The notes under the pieces were generated by a model that saw nothing but the letters and a program-made list of their open reading frames with translations, did no database searches and was not told the DNA's origin. 64,000 nt of DNA, taken from the NCBI RefSeq assembly GCF_018350175.1, contig NC_058368.1, positions 224,938,001 to 225,002,000 on the forward strand. Reading direction: 5' to 3'. Position 1 is the first letter of the stretch, and every line of letters starts with the position of its first letter. Below are positions 37,451-50,469 of the stretch, one piece after another. The DNA comes from Felis catus (Eukaryota). Made by a program: the position numbers and the translations under genes.

Positions 37451-39268
37451 TTATTATATAATAGTGAACAATCTAATATAACCCAAAGCTTAAGAGATAA
37501 CATAAAAAGATGGATAACCATTATTTAAAATGTCTTTTAAACTTACTGTGTAAATGTTATTTCTTACTCCAATTTCTCTCACCCGTCTGATTATTAAAAA
37601 TTTAGAAGAGCCACATAGTATATTTGATTAGATTTATAAGTACTGACGTAATGCCCTGCTAATATGTTTGCCCTACAGTTTGGGAGCTATTGATGATGTC
37701 TGGTATATAGTTATTTGTGAGAATTTATTAAAAGGTGGTACATAATGGTTTTTGATGTCACTATCCACTTTCGCTCCCTAAAATAATTTTTACTTACTAA
37801 AAATGGACTGTATAAAGACATAGCATGGGTCAACAGCATTATTTGCTTAAACAGAATTAAAACCATTTTCAGCACCACCGTGATTCTGTTTGACAGGTTT
37901 CGTAGAGTTGTTTCCTGAAGCAGTATTTGCTGTGTTTCTAAACGTAGAAGAAGAGATCAACAAGGGGTCTATAATCCTTCAATAAGTTCAATGGCTTGTG
38001 TTAGGGCCAGTGTCTGTGTCTTTCAGAGTGAGCCATTTTGCCTCACACAAAAGCAGTAACTGTTATACATCATGTATATGCGTCATAAGTAAGTTTGCAC
38101 CGTGACATAGGCACGTAGCTGGGCACATCTCCTTCTATGAAACAGGTGTAGCTATGAAATTCTGTGATGATCACAAAAGTAAAAAAAAAAAAAAAAAGAA
38201 TTATTTTTTATTAATGTCGCTTATTTCAGAGCAATGTTTCAATAAACCTCTATGCTTTATTTTCTCCCATGCGTGCAGATGAACTCTAGAACTCTTATAT
38301 ATCAACTAGACTTAGTGTCAGACAATGTTTTCCAAAAGACAGTGGAAGAATTGAAGGTGATACCCAAATGAACAGATGATACACGAACACTAAGTAAGGT
38401 CCTATTTAAACAGTGGCAAACAAAATGGAACTGGACTTTCTACTCTTAGTTCGGCAGGTATGATAAACTGATGAAAATAATTGGTATTCAATGCAAATGT
38501 GGAAGAGAAAAGAAGCACTGATGAGTTTCTCAGCGCGCTCTTTATGCAATCTTTATGTTGTTCCAATAGTCCAAAACTCAAAATAGTTTTTTCTATTGAC
38601 ACCCACAAAAGGGGGAAAGGAACAGTTTTGCTGTCTTCTGGGATACCTAGAAACAATGCTTTCGCAGCTACACTCAAGAATAAACCTGTCAATCAAATTA
38701 AGAGGAGAAAAGAGGATCGCTCCCTCACCTGCTAATTGCAGAATTAAGCTAATTTATACAATATAACACTAAATGCCTCCGGCTGCCACTCTTGCTTCTT
38801 CCACTGCCTTCTTCCTTCCAAGTACAAGAATCGGCTTCCTGTAATAACATACGTGTGCACAAAACACAATGTTTATCCTCCCACAGCCTATAACTTAGCA
38901 AATAAGTTTACACTCAACAGACCATTAGTTTCCCATACGACAGGCTTTAAAGATACACTCCTATTATCGTTTCAACAAGTACTTTCTTAGAGCCTGCTAC
39001 ATGCTTGGTATTGTCAGAGACACCAATTCTGATATTTCTGGCCAGGAACTTTCCACTTTTCTGACAAGGTCTGTCTCGGGGAGACCTGAGATTCGTGACA
39101 TCATGAGAATTAGCTGGCATTATTAGGACAGGTACAGGTGTATCACACTCTCATTGTTAAAATGGTAACAAATTCGAAGGAGAAATGGTGTTTGCTTTTT
39201 TTTTCTTTTTTTTTCTTTTTTTTTCTTTTCTTTTTTCTGCTAGATAGGCAAGCCCATGTTAGCTCTTA

Positions 39269-39452
39269 TTTTAATTTTTTTTTTAACTTTTATTTCTTTT
39301 CGAGAGACAGAAAGAGCGTGAGCAGGGGAAGGGCAGAAAGAGAGGAAGACGCAGAATCCGAAGCAGGCTCCAGGCTCCGAGCTGCCGGCACAGCTGAGAT
39401 CATGACCTGAGCTGAAGTTGGGCGCTAACTGACGGAGCCACCCAGGCGTCCC
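39269..39452 (-). mobile_element. Can-SINE with ~30-bp internal deletion spanning the B box
   Basis: TSD cccatgttagctctt / cccatgttagatctt. Reads ...ggcacag|ctgagatcatg and lacks the gggctcgaac segment present in sibling copies. Confidence 0.92.
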
Positions 39453-39599
39453 CCATGTTAGATCTTTACAGACCTTTTATCTGTCTGATAAAAGTTCTAC
39501 CTTTGATCAACCAATTACCAAAGAAGCAGCGGTACCACCACCCACTTCCTATCATTAGAGGTAGCACATTTCAAAAGGGCAATTAAAGTCCTTCCAGTT

Positions 39600-39764
39600 A
39601 GGACACCTGAGTGGCTCAGTTGGTTGAGCGTCTGACTTGGTTTTGGTTTGGTCATGGTCCCGGGGTCCTGGGATCGAGCCCCGCATCAGGCTCCGTGCTA
39701 AGCACAAAGCCTACTTAAGACTCTCTCTCTCTCTCTTTCTCTCTGCACTTCTCCCCATCTTGTG

Positions 39765-39807
<43 letters not shown>

Positions 39808-39820
39808 TAAAAATAAAAAA
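39600..39820 (+). mobile_element. Can-SINE (older subfamily)
   Basis: ggacacctgagtggctcagttggttgagcg start, long (CT)n. TSD core taaagtccttc on both sides. Confidence 0.93.
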
Positions 39821-40227
39821 TAAAGTCCTTCTGATCACTACTATCTAAAATCTGAAATGGATGGTATGATTCTACACTGCTAAAATATTTCTCCTAGCAT
39901 GATTAGAAAGCCTTTCATTTTAGTAGAAAATTTCCCTCATTGAGTATTTCTGTGGTCCAAAACTGCACATTTCAGGAAGATAAAACCTTTCTGCCACCTT
40001 CTCTGACTTTGACTTCTCTATCCCAGTACAAAGAAGGGAAAAAAAAATACACAAGATCCAGGTTCTCCACCTACCTTTCAGATTCTGTGATTTCTTTCAT
40101 GTGAAAATTCAAAATGTCTAAAAATATACATTCTAGGCATGGCTTTAACCAACACATCATGTAAAATTCTGCACAGAACAGAACATTGAAGAATAAAAGA
40201 TCCATTTTATTCTCTAAAATACTTTTA

Positions 40228-40419
40228 AAAAATTTTTTATGTTTATTTTTCAGAGAGAGAGCATAAATAGGGAGGGGCAGAGAGAGGGAGACACAGAATC
40301 CGAAGCAGGCTCTGAGCTGTCAGGACGGAGCCCGACGGGGGGCTCGAACTACAAACCAGGAGATCATGACCTGAGCCGAAATCGGACGCCTAACCAACTG
40401 AGAGCCACCCAGGCATCTC
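40228..40419 (-). mobile_element. Can-SINE
   Basis: TSD tctctaaaatactttta / tctctaaaataattttt. Reverse B box gggctcgaac present. Confidence 0.94.
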
Positions 40420-40730
40420 AATCTCTAAAATAATTTTTAAAGGATAAACATTTTGATCTAAGAAAATTGAAGCAAACTAATATAAATTCCTATCCATCTG
40501 ATTTGGGAGTAACCTACATAAGCAAGAAGATGATTAACTTTGAGAACTACCTTGGGTTAAAACATTACTATTTTTTCAAACCTGTACTTACTTTTCCTGG
40601 AGAAAGTGTAGAGAAAGATCCTGTGATAAATGTTAGAAAGTTATCCTTACAGAATAGAAACGTAGCTTCTGTCAATATTGGGGCCAAGACTTTGGTGCTT
40701 TTTTTCTACCCAAACAAACAAAATACATTA

Positions 40731-41120
40731 CTCTTACAGACTGAATGTTTGTGTTTTCCCAAAATCCATACATTGAACCCTATCCTCATACGTGACGGTA
40801 TTAAGAGGAGCAGCCTTCAGGGGTTACGATTCAATAAGGTCATGAGATTGGAAGCTCCACGAAGGGGAAGAGTGCCCTTGTATGAGTCACAAGAGAGGTT
40901 GCTTCACTTTCCGGTCTCTGGCTTATGAAGATACACTGGGAAATCATCTGTCTGCAACCTTGAAGAGTGCCCTCATTGGAATCTGACCATGTGACGACCT
41001 TAGTTTGGACTCCCAGCCTCCAGAACTGTAAGAAATACATTTCCGTTGTTTATAAGTTCCCCCATCCACCACCCCCAGTCTATGATTGGTATTGTTGTCA
41101 CAGCACCTCAAGCTAAGACA
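40731..41120 (+). mobile_element. MLT1A-type solo LTR, near full length
   Basis: 'gactgaatgtttgtgttttcccaaaatccatacattgaa', 'ttggactcccagcctccagaactgtaagaaatacatttccgttgtttataag', ends 'gctaagaca'. Confidence 0.9.
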
Positions 41121-42069
41121 GTTACCTTAAGAGATATTCATTCGTGCATACATTGCTTTGTCCAAAACTATTTAGAGGGCACCTACTATGAATATCATGC
41201 AGCCTGTTTGTTCATCACTAGTTATATTGGAATCCTTCTGACTATACTATTCAGTGAACCAGGATACTGTAGACTTGACCCACTCATGATGCCAACCTCT
41301 CAATGAGAAACTCATTGTTTTCTGCAGCAGGGTTGATACCCTTAAATGACTTTTTGTTTTGTTTTGTTTTTGAAAAATGATACACATCACTGTGCTCACA
41401 TTTTGTGGCCAAAAGAAGGCACTTGGCCACGTCTGACCTTAAAGGTCAGGGGAGTGTAATCCTCTAGGGGGTCAGGAATTAACAGGAACTAGGAATATTG
41501 GTATGCAAGAGTAATGTTTGTCAGGAAACTCAAATTTAGCCAGCCCCGCCAAAAGATACTTTGGCATTTGATTATATTCCATCAAACACTTCATAATGTG
41601 CAGTTCAATTGTCAGAGAGCATGTCATGTACTCCTGTCTATTTCCCAAAGTGTTGGACAGATATTGGGAACTGAAAATTACCAGAAAAATTAAGCAATTA
41701 CTGAGCAAATAAGTAATGAACATTTCATTGTCATCTGGGCACGCAATTGCTACAGGGAGATGAGGTTTTCTCTAACAAAGAATAACAGGAACAACATGAG
41801 GTCAAGTTGTGCTAACCAAGGCTGGCTGCATGCCTAGGTTGAGTACACGAAACATATGGAGTGAATTGAGGGGTGAAATCCTGTCTCTCCAAAAGAAACT
41901 CTGCCATTGCCCTGTCGGGACACCTTTCCCCTTCCTACGGCACCTGAAATTCCCATTCCTAGCTAGCAGATTTATGCCTCTTTCTCCAAACTTTAAAAGC
42001 TAAGGGGATTGCCTTGAAAAGGACAGTGTTACCTATCACACAGGGCTGTTGTACTGAATTTTTGTATAA

Positions 42070-42300
42070 TGATGAAGTTACTAAAAAGAAACAAAAATGC
42101 AAGCTTTGGCTATGTTAACAGACATTGTATAATCAGAATTAGGAAGACAACAGGCCTACTTCTCAATGCTAACCAGGCCCCATCTAGAATAGTGTGCTTG
42201 GGGAACTCTGCATTTAAGAAAATTGTCAATACACTGAAGCTTATTGAAAGATGAAAAATGGGGAATCTATGTTGTAAAAGTTATAAAGGCAGCCTTTAAA
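42070..42300 (+). mobile_element. L3/CR1 LINE reverse-transcriptase C-terminal remnant
   Basis: Translation NASFGYVNRHCIIRIRK...FKKIVNTLKLIER resembles the recalled CR1 motif NAILGCINRSIVSRSRE...FKKDIDKLERVQR. DNA 'caggccccatctagaatagtgtg'. Confidence 0.65.
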
Positions 42301-42358
42301 TCTTGAGCATTTTTATGCCCAAAAGGCCTGGAGCCATCATCTTCTAGGTCATATGGTC

Positions 42359-42710
42359 TGTTTTAGACAGTCTGGGCTGCTATAACAAACTAACTTAGAT
42401 TAGTTGGCTTAAACAACAGGTATTAATTTTTTAAAGTTCTGGAGGCTGAAAAGTACGACATGCTGATTAATCAGGATCCTGGTGAAAGATTTGCACATTG
42501 CCACCTTTTCACTGCGTGGTCACATGTCCCAGAAAGCACTAGTCTCTTTCCTTTCCATAAGGGTACTAATCCCATCATGGCAGATCCAATCTCATGACCT
42601 CATCCGAAGTTAATTACCTTCCAAAGGCCTTACCTCCTAACACCATCCCATTAGGGGTAGGGTTTCAACTTATGAAATTCTGGGGAGACACAACCATTGC
42701 ATCCATAATA
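42359..42710 (-). mobile_element. MLT1A-type solo LTR
   Basis: 'ctgggctgctataacaaa', 'ataagggtactaatcccatcatg', 'ttaggggtagggtttcaacttatgaaattctggggagacaca'. Confidence 0.9.
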
Positions 42711-42934
42711 TGGCCCGATACCTTTTTTCTGGGGCAAAACAACAGCTCTGTAACCCAGCCAACTTTCACCCATTAGCACCTGTTTCAGTGGGATCAAACT
42801 CAGAGCAGCTGAGGACACAACAACCCACCACAGGAGTGTGCTCAGGTCAAGAATTAAGAACCTGACTACCGATTTGTTTGAAGCTGAAACCTAGTACCGA
42901 TTTCAACCAAAACAGAATATCAGAGTTCAATCTT

Positions 42935-43140
42935 TTTTGCTTTTTAAGTTTGTTTATTTATTTTGAGAGGGAGAGTACACAGAGGAGGGACAGCGAGAGA
43001 GGGAGACAGAGAATTCCAAGTAGACTCTGAGCTGTCAGCACAGAGCCTGATATGGGGCTCAATCTCAAGACCCGTGAGATCATGACTTGAGCTGAGATCA
43101 AGAATCAGATGCTTAACCAGCTGAGCCACCCAGGCGCCCC
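42935..43140 (-). mobile_element. Can-SINE
   Basis: Ends gagccacccaggcgcccc. Degenerate TSD cagagttcaatctt / caaagtttgatctt. Confidence 0.95.
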
Positions 43141-43859
43141 CAAAGTTTGATCTTAATATACATGCTTCAGTAGTGCTACGGTGATGTGCCAACACTAATT
43201 CCTTGTTTTTGACATGACTTTCATTTTCATAATTCTGGAAAGCAGACATTACGGGCAAATTGAAATTGTAAAAGAGAGAATTGTGTTTGACTATGTCATC
43301 ACCCTATATACACAGGCCAGACTATAGTGTTCCCTTCTTGTATAAGATGCTAGTTTTCTGCTAAGCACCGAATTGATAATGAATGGAGGAAATGCCATGT
43401 CAGATTTGAAAAATCACTATCTTTATAAGTGAAAAGAAGTGCTTACATCTAAAGTGCCCAGAAACAGAGGAACATGCAAATAAATGTTAATACCTCAATT
43501 TAATGGACTATCATTCCACCTTTAAAATAATTATGAGGACTAGGAATCAATATTCTATAATGTTAAGATTAATGGCATACTTTGTAAAATGATGGCACAT
43601 TAAGTACAATGATGTTTGCATATGTAAAATTATTAGAAGGGAATTTAGAGTAAAACAATTACACTGAAACAGTGGATATTTTAATTAAAGGAAATTAAAT
43701 GTTTTAATCTAGTTCTGAGTTTCACTCATTCACTTAAAAGCCATCATGCTGGATTTGAGAAACACTAAGAAACACTCGGAGCACTGAAAGGTCTCTGTAA
43801 GTAAAGACAAAAAGATGGAAAAAGACAAAAAGACAAAAAGATGAATAAAAGCAGGCATT

Positions 43860-45110
43860 TACAATACAGTTTGGTAAGAACAATGATAGAAACAGACATG
43901 GCCGGTGTCCTAAGAGAACCTACAAGGGACACCTAACCTAGTCTGGTGTGAGATGGGTAGAGAAGACAGGGAGAAGATTTCACAGAAGTCAAGATGCCTG
44001 GGATTGAAGTCTTAAGGAAGAATTAGGAGCTACCCAGGATGAGACACGGCAGCGGGGATGAATAATGTTGGGGTAAGTGGCAATCACAAGCAGAGACTTA
44101 AAGGGACAGTTGTATGTGTTCAGCACACTTGGGATTCAGAGTGGGAAAGGGCAGAAGAGGTACCAAGTGTGAGGAGAAGCTGGCAGGCACCTGACCACAA
44201 ACAGCTCTCAGAGCTTGTCATTCTTCTAGGGATATAGGGACTCATCCCAAACAGAAATCAAATCTACAAAGGGCATCCCGATGTACCATGGAAAGTGATT
44301 TTAGACTTGCAATAGTTCAAGAGGGAAATCATAAGAGCCTGAATGAAGCCAGCAGCAGTGAGGATAGAGACAAAGAGCCCAAGGCAGTAACACTGGATAA
44401 GTGGAGCTTAAGAAGAGGCCGAATTTGGGGGTGAGAAAAAAGTGCATCCAGAACAATCCCCAGTGGAGGCTTCAGTCAACTTGACTCCTCAAGGTGGGAA
44501 GTACAAGAGATGCAGGGTAGGGTGGAGACGAGTTCTGTTTGGGTTTGTTATAGGTCAGTGACCATTAAAGAGGCAGGATAGATGATCTAAAGTGCAGGGA
44601 ACGATCAACAGTTTGAGAGCCGTTGGCATATAGAAGATGTTTGAAGACATAACAAAAGACAAGATCTCTCAAGGAAGTTTGGTTGTGCTAAGAAGCACAT
44701 CTTGGAGAAGCTCTACCATTTAAAGACAGAGTGGAGGGAGAAAGGTCCATGGGAGACTGGGAAGGAACAACCATAGAAGTAGAAGGAGAAACTGGAGAAG
44801 GAGCTTTATGGATTAATCAAATAAAGACAGATTGTCAAAATTGAGGGATGGAAAACAGGGCCAAATACCGCAAAGAAGATATTGTAAAATGCTTGTTGGC
44901 CTCGGAACCAAGAGAACGTGGAAGCGGCCACAAGTAGTTCATCAGAGTGGCGTGACAGAAGCCAGTGCTCAGGGGATCCCAGGATAAATAAGGGGACAGG
45001 AGGAAATGGGAAGTAGGAAGGGCGACAGTGATCAACATTCTCATAAACTTAGACGTGAAACAAAAAGAGACAAAGCGGCGAGGCAGAGGAGTGATGGATG
45101 ACACTGGGTG
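43860..45110 (-). mobile_element. L2 LINE, long degenerate fragment
   Basis: 'acaatacagtttggtaagaacaatgatagaa', 'ggacacctaacctagtctgg', 'atcagagtggcgtgacagaagccag'. Purine-rich, as expected for the L2 minus strand. Confidence 0.7.
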
Positions 45111-45914
45111 AAGAAATAGGAAAAGAGTAGCATAATCAGATTTACTTGCCAGTTAAAAGGGAAACTGTTTAACATATCTTACAACCATTCCCTTTTCTCC
45201 ACCCTCAGTGACTCAGTCTTACATCAACTTTCTTCATTTGAGGCCAGGATTATGATAACGAGCCTCCGTTCCCCTCTCGTCCATTAAATGGCTATAGAGG
45301 GACATCTGTTTGCGTTTCTTTCTCTATTTATGTTTTGTAAAGATGAGAGACTGTTGAGAAGGTGAAGTGTCCAGGAGGGGGGGGGGCAGAAATCCAAACA
45401 CTGAAGCATGGAAAGACTAAACATTCTAGAAAAGGGGGACAACAGACAGGGGGAATCTGTAGCAGAGGCGAATAATTCACTTCAAAGGAAGGACATTTCT
45501 ATCTCTGAGCGAAAGCAAAGTGTTCAAGGAAGGGTACAGATATAGATAGGCTTACTGGGAGGGGAGGAATAACAAAAGTTGAAAACTTCTCCTTTTTTTC
45601 TGTATTTAATCCTTTTGTCAAGCAGCAAGTATTTAGTCTTTATTGATGGATGCTTACTTAGGGCATGGCCCTGTAATCAAAAGGTTTAGTCTGGTGGTTG
45701 AAGGAAAACCTCAACAAAGCACTACCCAGCATGGAATCTCCTGTCACCAAGGCATCAGTGGAACCAAGAGCTGTAAGACGGCATTTATGGCTGGATTGAT
45801 CAAGGGTATCCTTGAAATGGAATCCTTAAATCATTTGTGACAATTATTTAAAAGAAAATATGGTAAATGGAGAAACTATTATTTTTTTCTATTTCACAAA
45901 CTTTTGTCTTATTA

Positions 45915-46977
45915 TTAATTCATTTTCAAGTTAGTTAACAGAGAGTGTAGTCTTGGCTTCAGGAATAGTACCTAGTGATTCATCTCTTGCATAAGACACC
46001 CAGTGCTCATCCCAAAAAGTGCCCTCCTTAATGTCTGCCACCCATTTACCCCTACTACCCCATCTCCATCCCACTGCCAGCAACCCTCAGTTTTTTTCTC
46101 TGTATTCAAGAGTCTCTTACAGTCTGCCTCCCTCTCTGTTTTTATCTTCCCCTAAGATCATTTGTTGAGTTTCTCAAATTCCACATACGAGTTATATATG
46201 ATATTTGTCTTTCTCTCACTGACTTATTTCACTTAGCATAACACCCTCCAGTTCCATCCACATTGTTGCAAGTGGAAAGATTTCATTCTTCTTTATCACT
46301 GATCAGTATTCCATTGTATATATATACCACATCTTCTTTATCCATTCACTCATTGATGGACATTTGGGCTGTTTCCATAGTTTGGCTATTGCTGATAGCA
46401 CTGCTATAAACATTGGGTGCATGTCCCCGTTCAAATAAGCATTTTTGTATCCTCTGGATAAATTCCTACTATTTCAACTACTGGGTCATAGGGTAGTTCT
46501 ATTTTTAATTTTTTGAGGACCCTCCATACTGTTTTCCAGAGTGGCTGCAGCAGTTTGCATTCCCGTCCATAGTGCAAGAGGGTTCCTCTGTCTCCACATC
46601 CTCACCCATATCTGTGGTGTCCTGAGTTGTTAATTTTAGCCATTCTGACAGGTGTGAGGTGGTCTTTCGTTGTAGTATTGACTTGTATTTCCCTGATGAT
46701 GAGTGATGTTGAGCATCTTTTCATGGGTCTGTTAGCCATCTGGATGTCTTCTTTGGAAAAGTGTCTATTCATGTCTTCTGCCCATTTCTTCACTAGATTA
46801 TTTGGGTTTTGGATGTTGAGTTTGGTAAGTTCTTTATAGATCTTGGATACTAACCCTTTATCTGATATATCACTTGCAAATATCTTCTCCCATTCTGTGG
46901 GGTGCCTTTTAGTTTGGTTAATTGTTTCCTTTGCCGTGCAAAAGCTTTTTATCTTGATTCAGTCCCAAATGTTCATA
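45915..46977 (-). mobile_element. 5'-truncated carnivore L1 (ORF2 C-terminus plus 3'UTR)
   Basis: ORF 46602-46793 [36 protein letters not shown] is the L1 ORF2p C-terminal motif. Carnivore-type 3'UTR 'acacccagtgctcatcccaaaaagtgccctccttaatg'. Confidence 0.95.
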
Positions 46978-47786
46978 ATATTAACTAATATGCAGGAAAC
47001 AATCCAGCCTATGATTCCCAAAGATCACACTTAATTATTATCTGCACCCAGGGTGAGTCAGTGGAGTTGAAGGGAACAAGAACAGGAAAAGCACAAACTG
47101 ACAATAGAACTGTGTGAGAGATGGCACGGGGAGGAGGGGACAGAGGTCCAGGGAATGCCTCCCAGGACCTGTCACCTGTAGACACCATCTTGGGTGGGTG
47201 ACCCAGAGGCTGGTTCCGGTCCATTCATATGCATCCAGGATCCTTCTCACCTGCTGGGATTCATCCTCCTCTGTTTCTCACCTCGCCCTCCCTATTCTCA
47301 CAGTGTCTATAACCTAACTCATTTCCCTGAGTTTAGGCAGAACTGGTAATTAGACAAAAATTTACCCAATTGGCACAAGCCTCCATCAAAGGAAAAAAGC
47401 CTCCCTCCTTCCAGAGGAAGCAATAGGTCAGAACTTTTTGGCTCAGAGTAATAGATGGGTTTAAAAGAACTGAGAGTGAAGAATAGAGCATCCAGTTAGT
47501 GAGATTATCTAAAGGTAATAAAAAAGAAAAACATATACAAGTATACCAGCCAAATCTGGGTTGCAGAGAAGGATGTAAAAGATAGTGAAGTTGTGCCAAT
47601 GTTCTCATCTTGATAAGGAAGGACAATAGCTATTTTCTCAATGAAAAAAAAAAAAAATCCAAAACAGGATTTCATTATATTCTAAACACAAATTGAAAGA
47701 ATTCTAAATTATCAAAAAAAAAAAAAAATCCAAAATTGAGTCACCAGACACAGACAAGATAGTAAATTACAAAGAAAAAGCAAACA

Positions 47787-47995
47787 GGGCGCCTGGGTGG
47801 CTCCATCGGTTAAGCATCAAACTCCTGGTTTTAGCTCAGGTCATGATGTCACGGATCATGAGCCTAAGCCCTGCGTCGGGCTCTGTGCTGACAGTGGAGC
47901 CTGCTTGGGATTCTCTCTCTCCCTCTCTCTCTCTGCCCCTCCCCCACTTGCTCTTGCTGTCTTCCAAAATAAATTTTAATTTTTTTAAAAAAAGA
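47787..47995 (+). mobile_element. Can-SINE
   Basis: gggcgcctgggtggctcc start. TSD-like aaagaaaaagcaaaca / aaagaaaagcaaata. Confidence 0.94.
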
Positions 47996-48101
47996 AAGAA
48001 AAGCAAATAAGGGATTTAGAATAGAAAATAATAGAAGAAAATATCTCATTTACAATAGCGACATGAAGAAAGCATAAGTTACCTAATAAAGAATAAACCT
48101 A

Positions 48102-48324
48102 GGAGCCCCTGGGTGGCTCAGTCGGTTGAGCGTCCTACTTTGGTTCAGGTCATGATCTCGCAGCTCGTGAGTTCAAGCCCCGTGTCGGGCTCTGTGCTGG
48201 CAGCTCAGAGTCTGGAGCCTGTTTCAGATTCTGTGTCTCCCTCTCTCTCTGCCCCTCCCCTGCTCATGCTCTGTCTCTCTCTGTCTCAAAAATAAATAAA
48301 CGTTAAAATAAAAAATTAAACAAA
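48102..48324 (+). mobile_element. Felid Can-SINE with perfect 14-bp TSD
   Basis: TSD aaagaataaaccta at 48088-48101 and 48325-48338. Confidence 0.96.
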
Positions 48325-48633
48325 AAAGAATAAACCTAATAAGGCTTATGCAATAGTTCTGTGAGGAAAATGTAAAAACTCTGCAGAGATACATAACAGA
48401 AGACATCAATAAATAAAAACAAATATTGTGTTCACATAGAGGAAGACTAAATATTTTAAATGACTCAATTATCCCAAAATTTATCGATCCACTTAATATT
48501 CCTGCGACAATGCTATAAAAAGAAGGTTTAAAAAAATCAACAACCTAATTGTAAAGTTTATAGTAGAAAACAATATGTAAGAATACACATAAAATTTCTG
48601 ATTAGAAAAAATGGTAATGAAGATAAACCACAT

Positions 48634-48834
48634 GGGGCGCCTGGGTGGCTCAGTCGGTTAAGCTTCCGACTTCAGCTCAGGTCATGATCTCACGGTCTGT
48701 GAGTTCGAGCCCCGTTTCAGGCTCTGTGCTGACAGCTCAAAGCCTGGAGCCTGTTTCAGATTCTGTGTCTCCCTCTCTCTCTGCCCCTCCCCCATTCATG
48801 CATTGTCTCTCTCTGTTTCAAAAATAAATAAACG

Positions 48835-48861
<27 letters not shown>
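48634..48861 (+). mobile_element. Felid Can-SINE with long poly(A)
   Basis: Canonical start, B box gttcgagccc, ~26 A tail. Degenerate TSD ataaaccaca / ctaagccaca. Confidence 0.96.
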
Positions 48862-48865
<4 letters not shown>

Positions 48866-49009
48866 GCCACAGTTACCAAGTAGTAAAATAGCAATGAAAA
48901 CACTTCAGTACCGGAGACCAAACAAACAGATCAAGGTATAGAGTAGAGAATTCAGAAATATCTCAAATCGAAAAAAAAAAAAAAAAAGTAAAAGAAAATC
49001 GTGAAAGGA

Positions 49010-49276
49010 TTTACTTGTAGGAAGAATGAGTAAGTATACTTTCCGGATGCTTCTACTAAGTACAGTTAAAAACCATGGACATTATCTGTAAAACAAACAT
49101 TAGAAAAATTTGAAATGTGGAGAGTGGAAGACGGAAGGCTATGAGCCCCAGAACATGAGAAATCACTCAGTGGTGAGTTCCTTGGATTTCTTTTTGCCTA
49201 ATACGTTCCAGACTTGGAGCTGACGAAGCCAAAGCTGGCAAGCTGACAATCTGGAAACACTAATGGATCCAGATGA

Positions 49277-49319
<43 letters not shown>

Positions 49320-50450
49320 GTCGCTTGATCTCTACCCAAAAGACAAGGAAAGGGGAACCTAGTGAGACAGAAACTTTTAGACAAGAAGCACTCTACCCCA
49401 TCCAAATACCACACCAAAAAAGTCTTTGTCCCCACACCACCTGCTTCAGTGGGGGCTAACGTGAAAAATACAGACTTCCACCCTGTCTAGGCTATAACAA
49501 GGGTCTTGCCCGTGACCGGTGTAGGGGAGTAACATGAGCAGGTCAGTCCTTCACCCGCCACTGGCAATAAGAAGCCACCATGATGCCTCTGTGAGAGTGT
49601 GGTATCAGCAGGATCCTGGGGGGAGTCAAGACTTTCACCACTATCCAACGGTAATGAGACCACCCCACTGCTCTGTAGGGTCAGAAGTGACCACACAGGC
49701 AGTGGTAATGAGTTACTCCCAACCTTCCCGGCCAGGGAGCCATCAATGAAGACTTTCTGGGGAAGCCAGCTGTAACAAAGACCCCCAGTACCAACATGAC
49801 AGAGATATTGGAATTATCTGAGGAAGACTTTAGACCAGACTTCAATAAGCAATTATCAGCTCATTTGAAACGAGTGAAAAACAGGAAGCATCAGCAAAAA
49901 AAAAAAATAAAATCTACAGAGAAGAACTAAATAGATTTTTTTAATTTCTTTTAATTGTTGTACAGTTAACACGTAGGTTATACTAGTTTCAGGGGTACAG
50001 TATAGTAATTCAACAATTCCGTACATTACTCAGTGCCCATCAAGATAAGTGTACTTTTAATCCCTTTCATTCAGATAGGAATCTCACAACAGAACAATAC
50101 GATAACTGGAATAAAAATCTCAGTGAGTGGACTCGACAGCAGAATGAATGGAACAGAGGAAAGAATCAATGAACTTGAAGATAAATCTATGTAGTTTGTC
50201 AAATCTGTATAAAAAGAGAGAAAAAATAGATTGAAAAACATTACCAAATCTCAGGGACCTATGGGTCTATATAACAAAAGATCTAGCCTGCATGACATTT
50301 GAGTCCTTGAAATAACAACTTAAATTTTCTAATCTGGCAAAAGATATAAATGAGTAGATTCAAAAAGCTGAATGAACCATAAAGTACACCCAAAGAAGTC
50401 CATACCGAGATACATCATGGTCAAACTTCTAAAAATTAAAGACAAATACA
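49010..50450 (+). mobile_element. Old L1 5' region with ORF1 remnants
   Basis: Translations KISVSGLDSRMNGTEERINELEDKS (~50115-50190) and HPKKSIPRYIMVKLLKIKDK (50387-50446) resemble the L1 ORF1p coiled-coil and TPRHIIVK motifs. Contains (TAAA)n at 49276-49319. Confidence 0.75.
49936..50070 (-). mobile_element. Short carnivore L1 3'-terminal fragment nested in old L1 ORF1
   Basis: Poly(T), then 'ttatactagtttcaggggtacagtatagtaattcaacaattcc...cagtgcccatcaagataagtgtac'. Confidence 0.8.
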
Positions 50451-50469
50451 GAGGCAGAGCAGTGATCAG

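Larger units (their letters stand above)
48010..48970 (+). mobile_element. Ancient L1 ORF2 remnant, split by two SINEs
   Basis: 'atctcatttacaatagc', 'gaggaaaatgtaaaaactctg', 'tgttcacatagaggaagactaaatatt' correspond to decayed IPFTIA / EENYKTL / CSWIGRLNI motifs. Confidence 0.7.

Noticed and set aside
40467..40928. 153-aa ORF
   Set aside because: Non-ATG start, runs into an MLT1A LTR, no homology recognised.
46602..46793. ORF with a clear protein motif
   Set aside because: L1 ORF2p C-terminal remnant in a truncated, disrupted retrotransposon, not a host gene.
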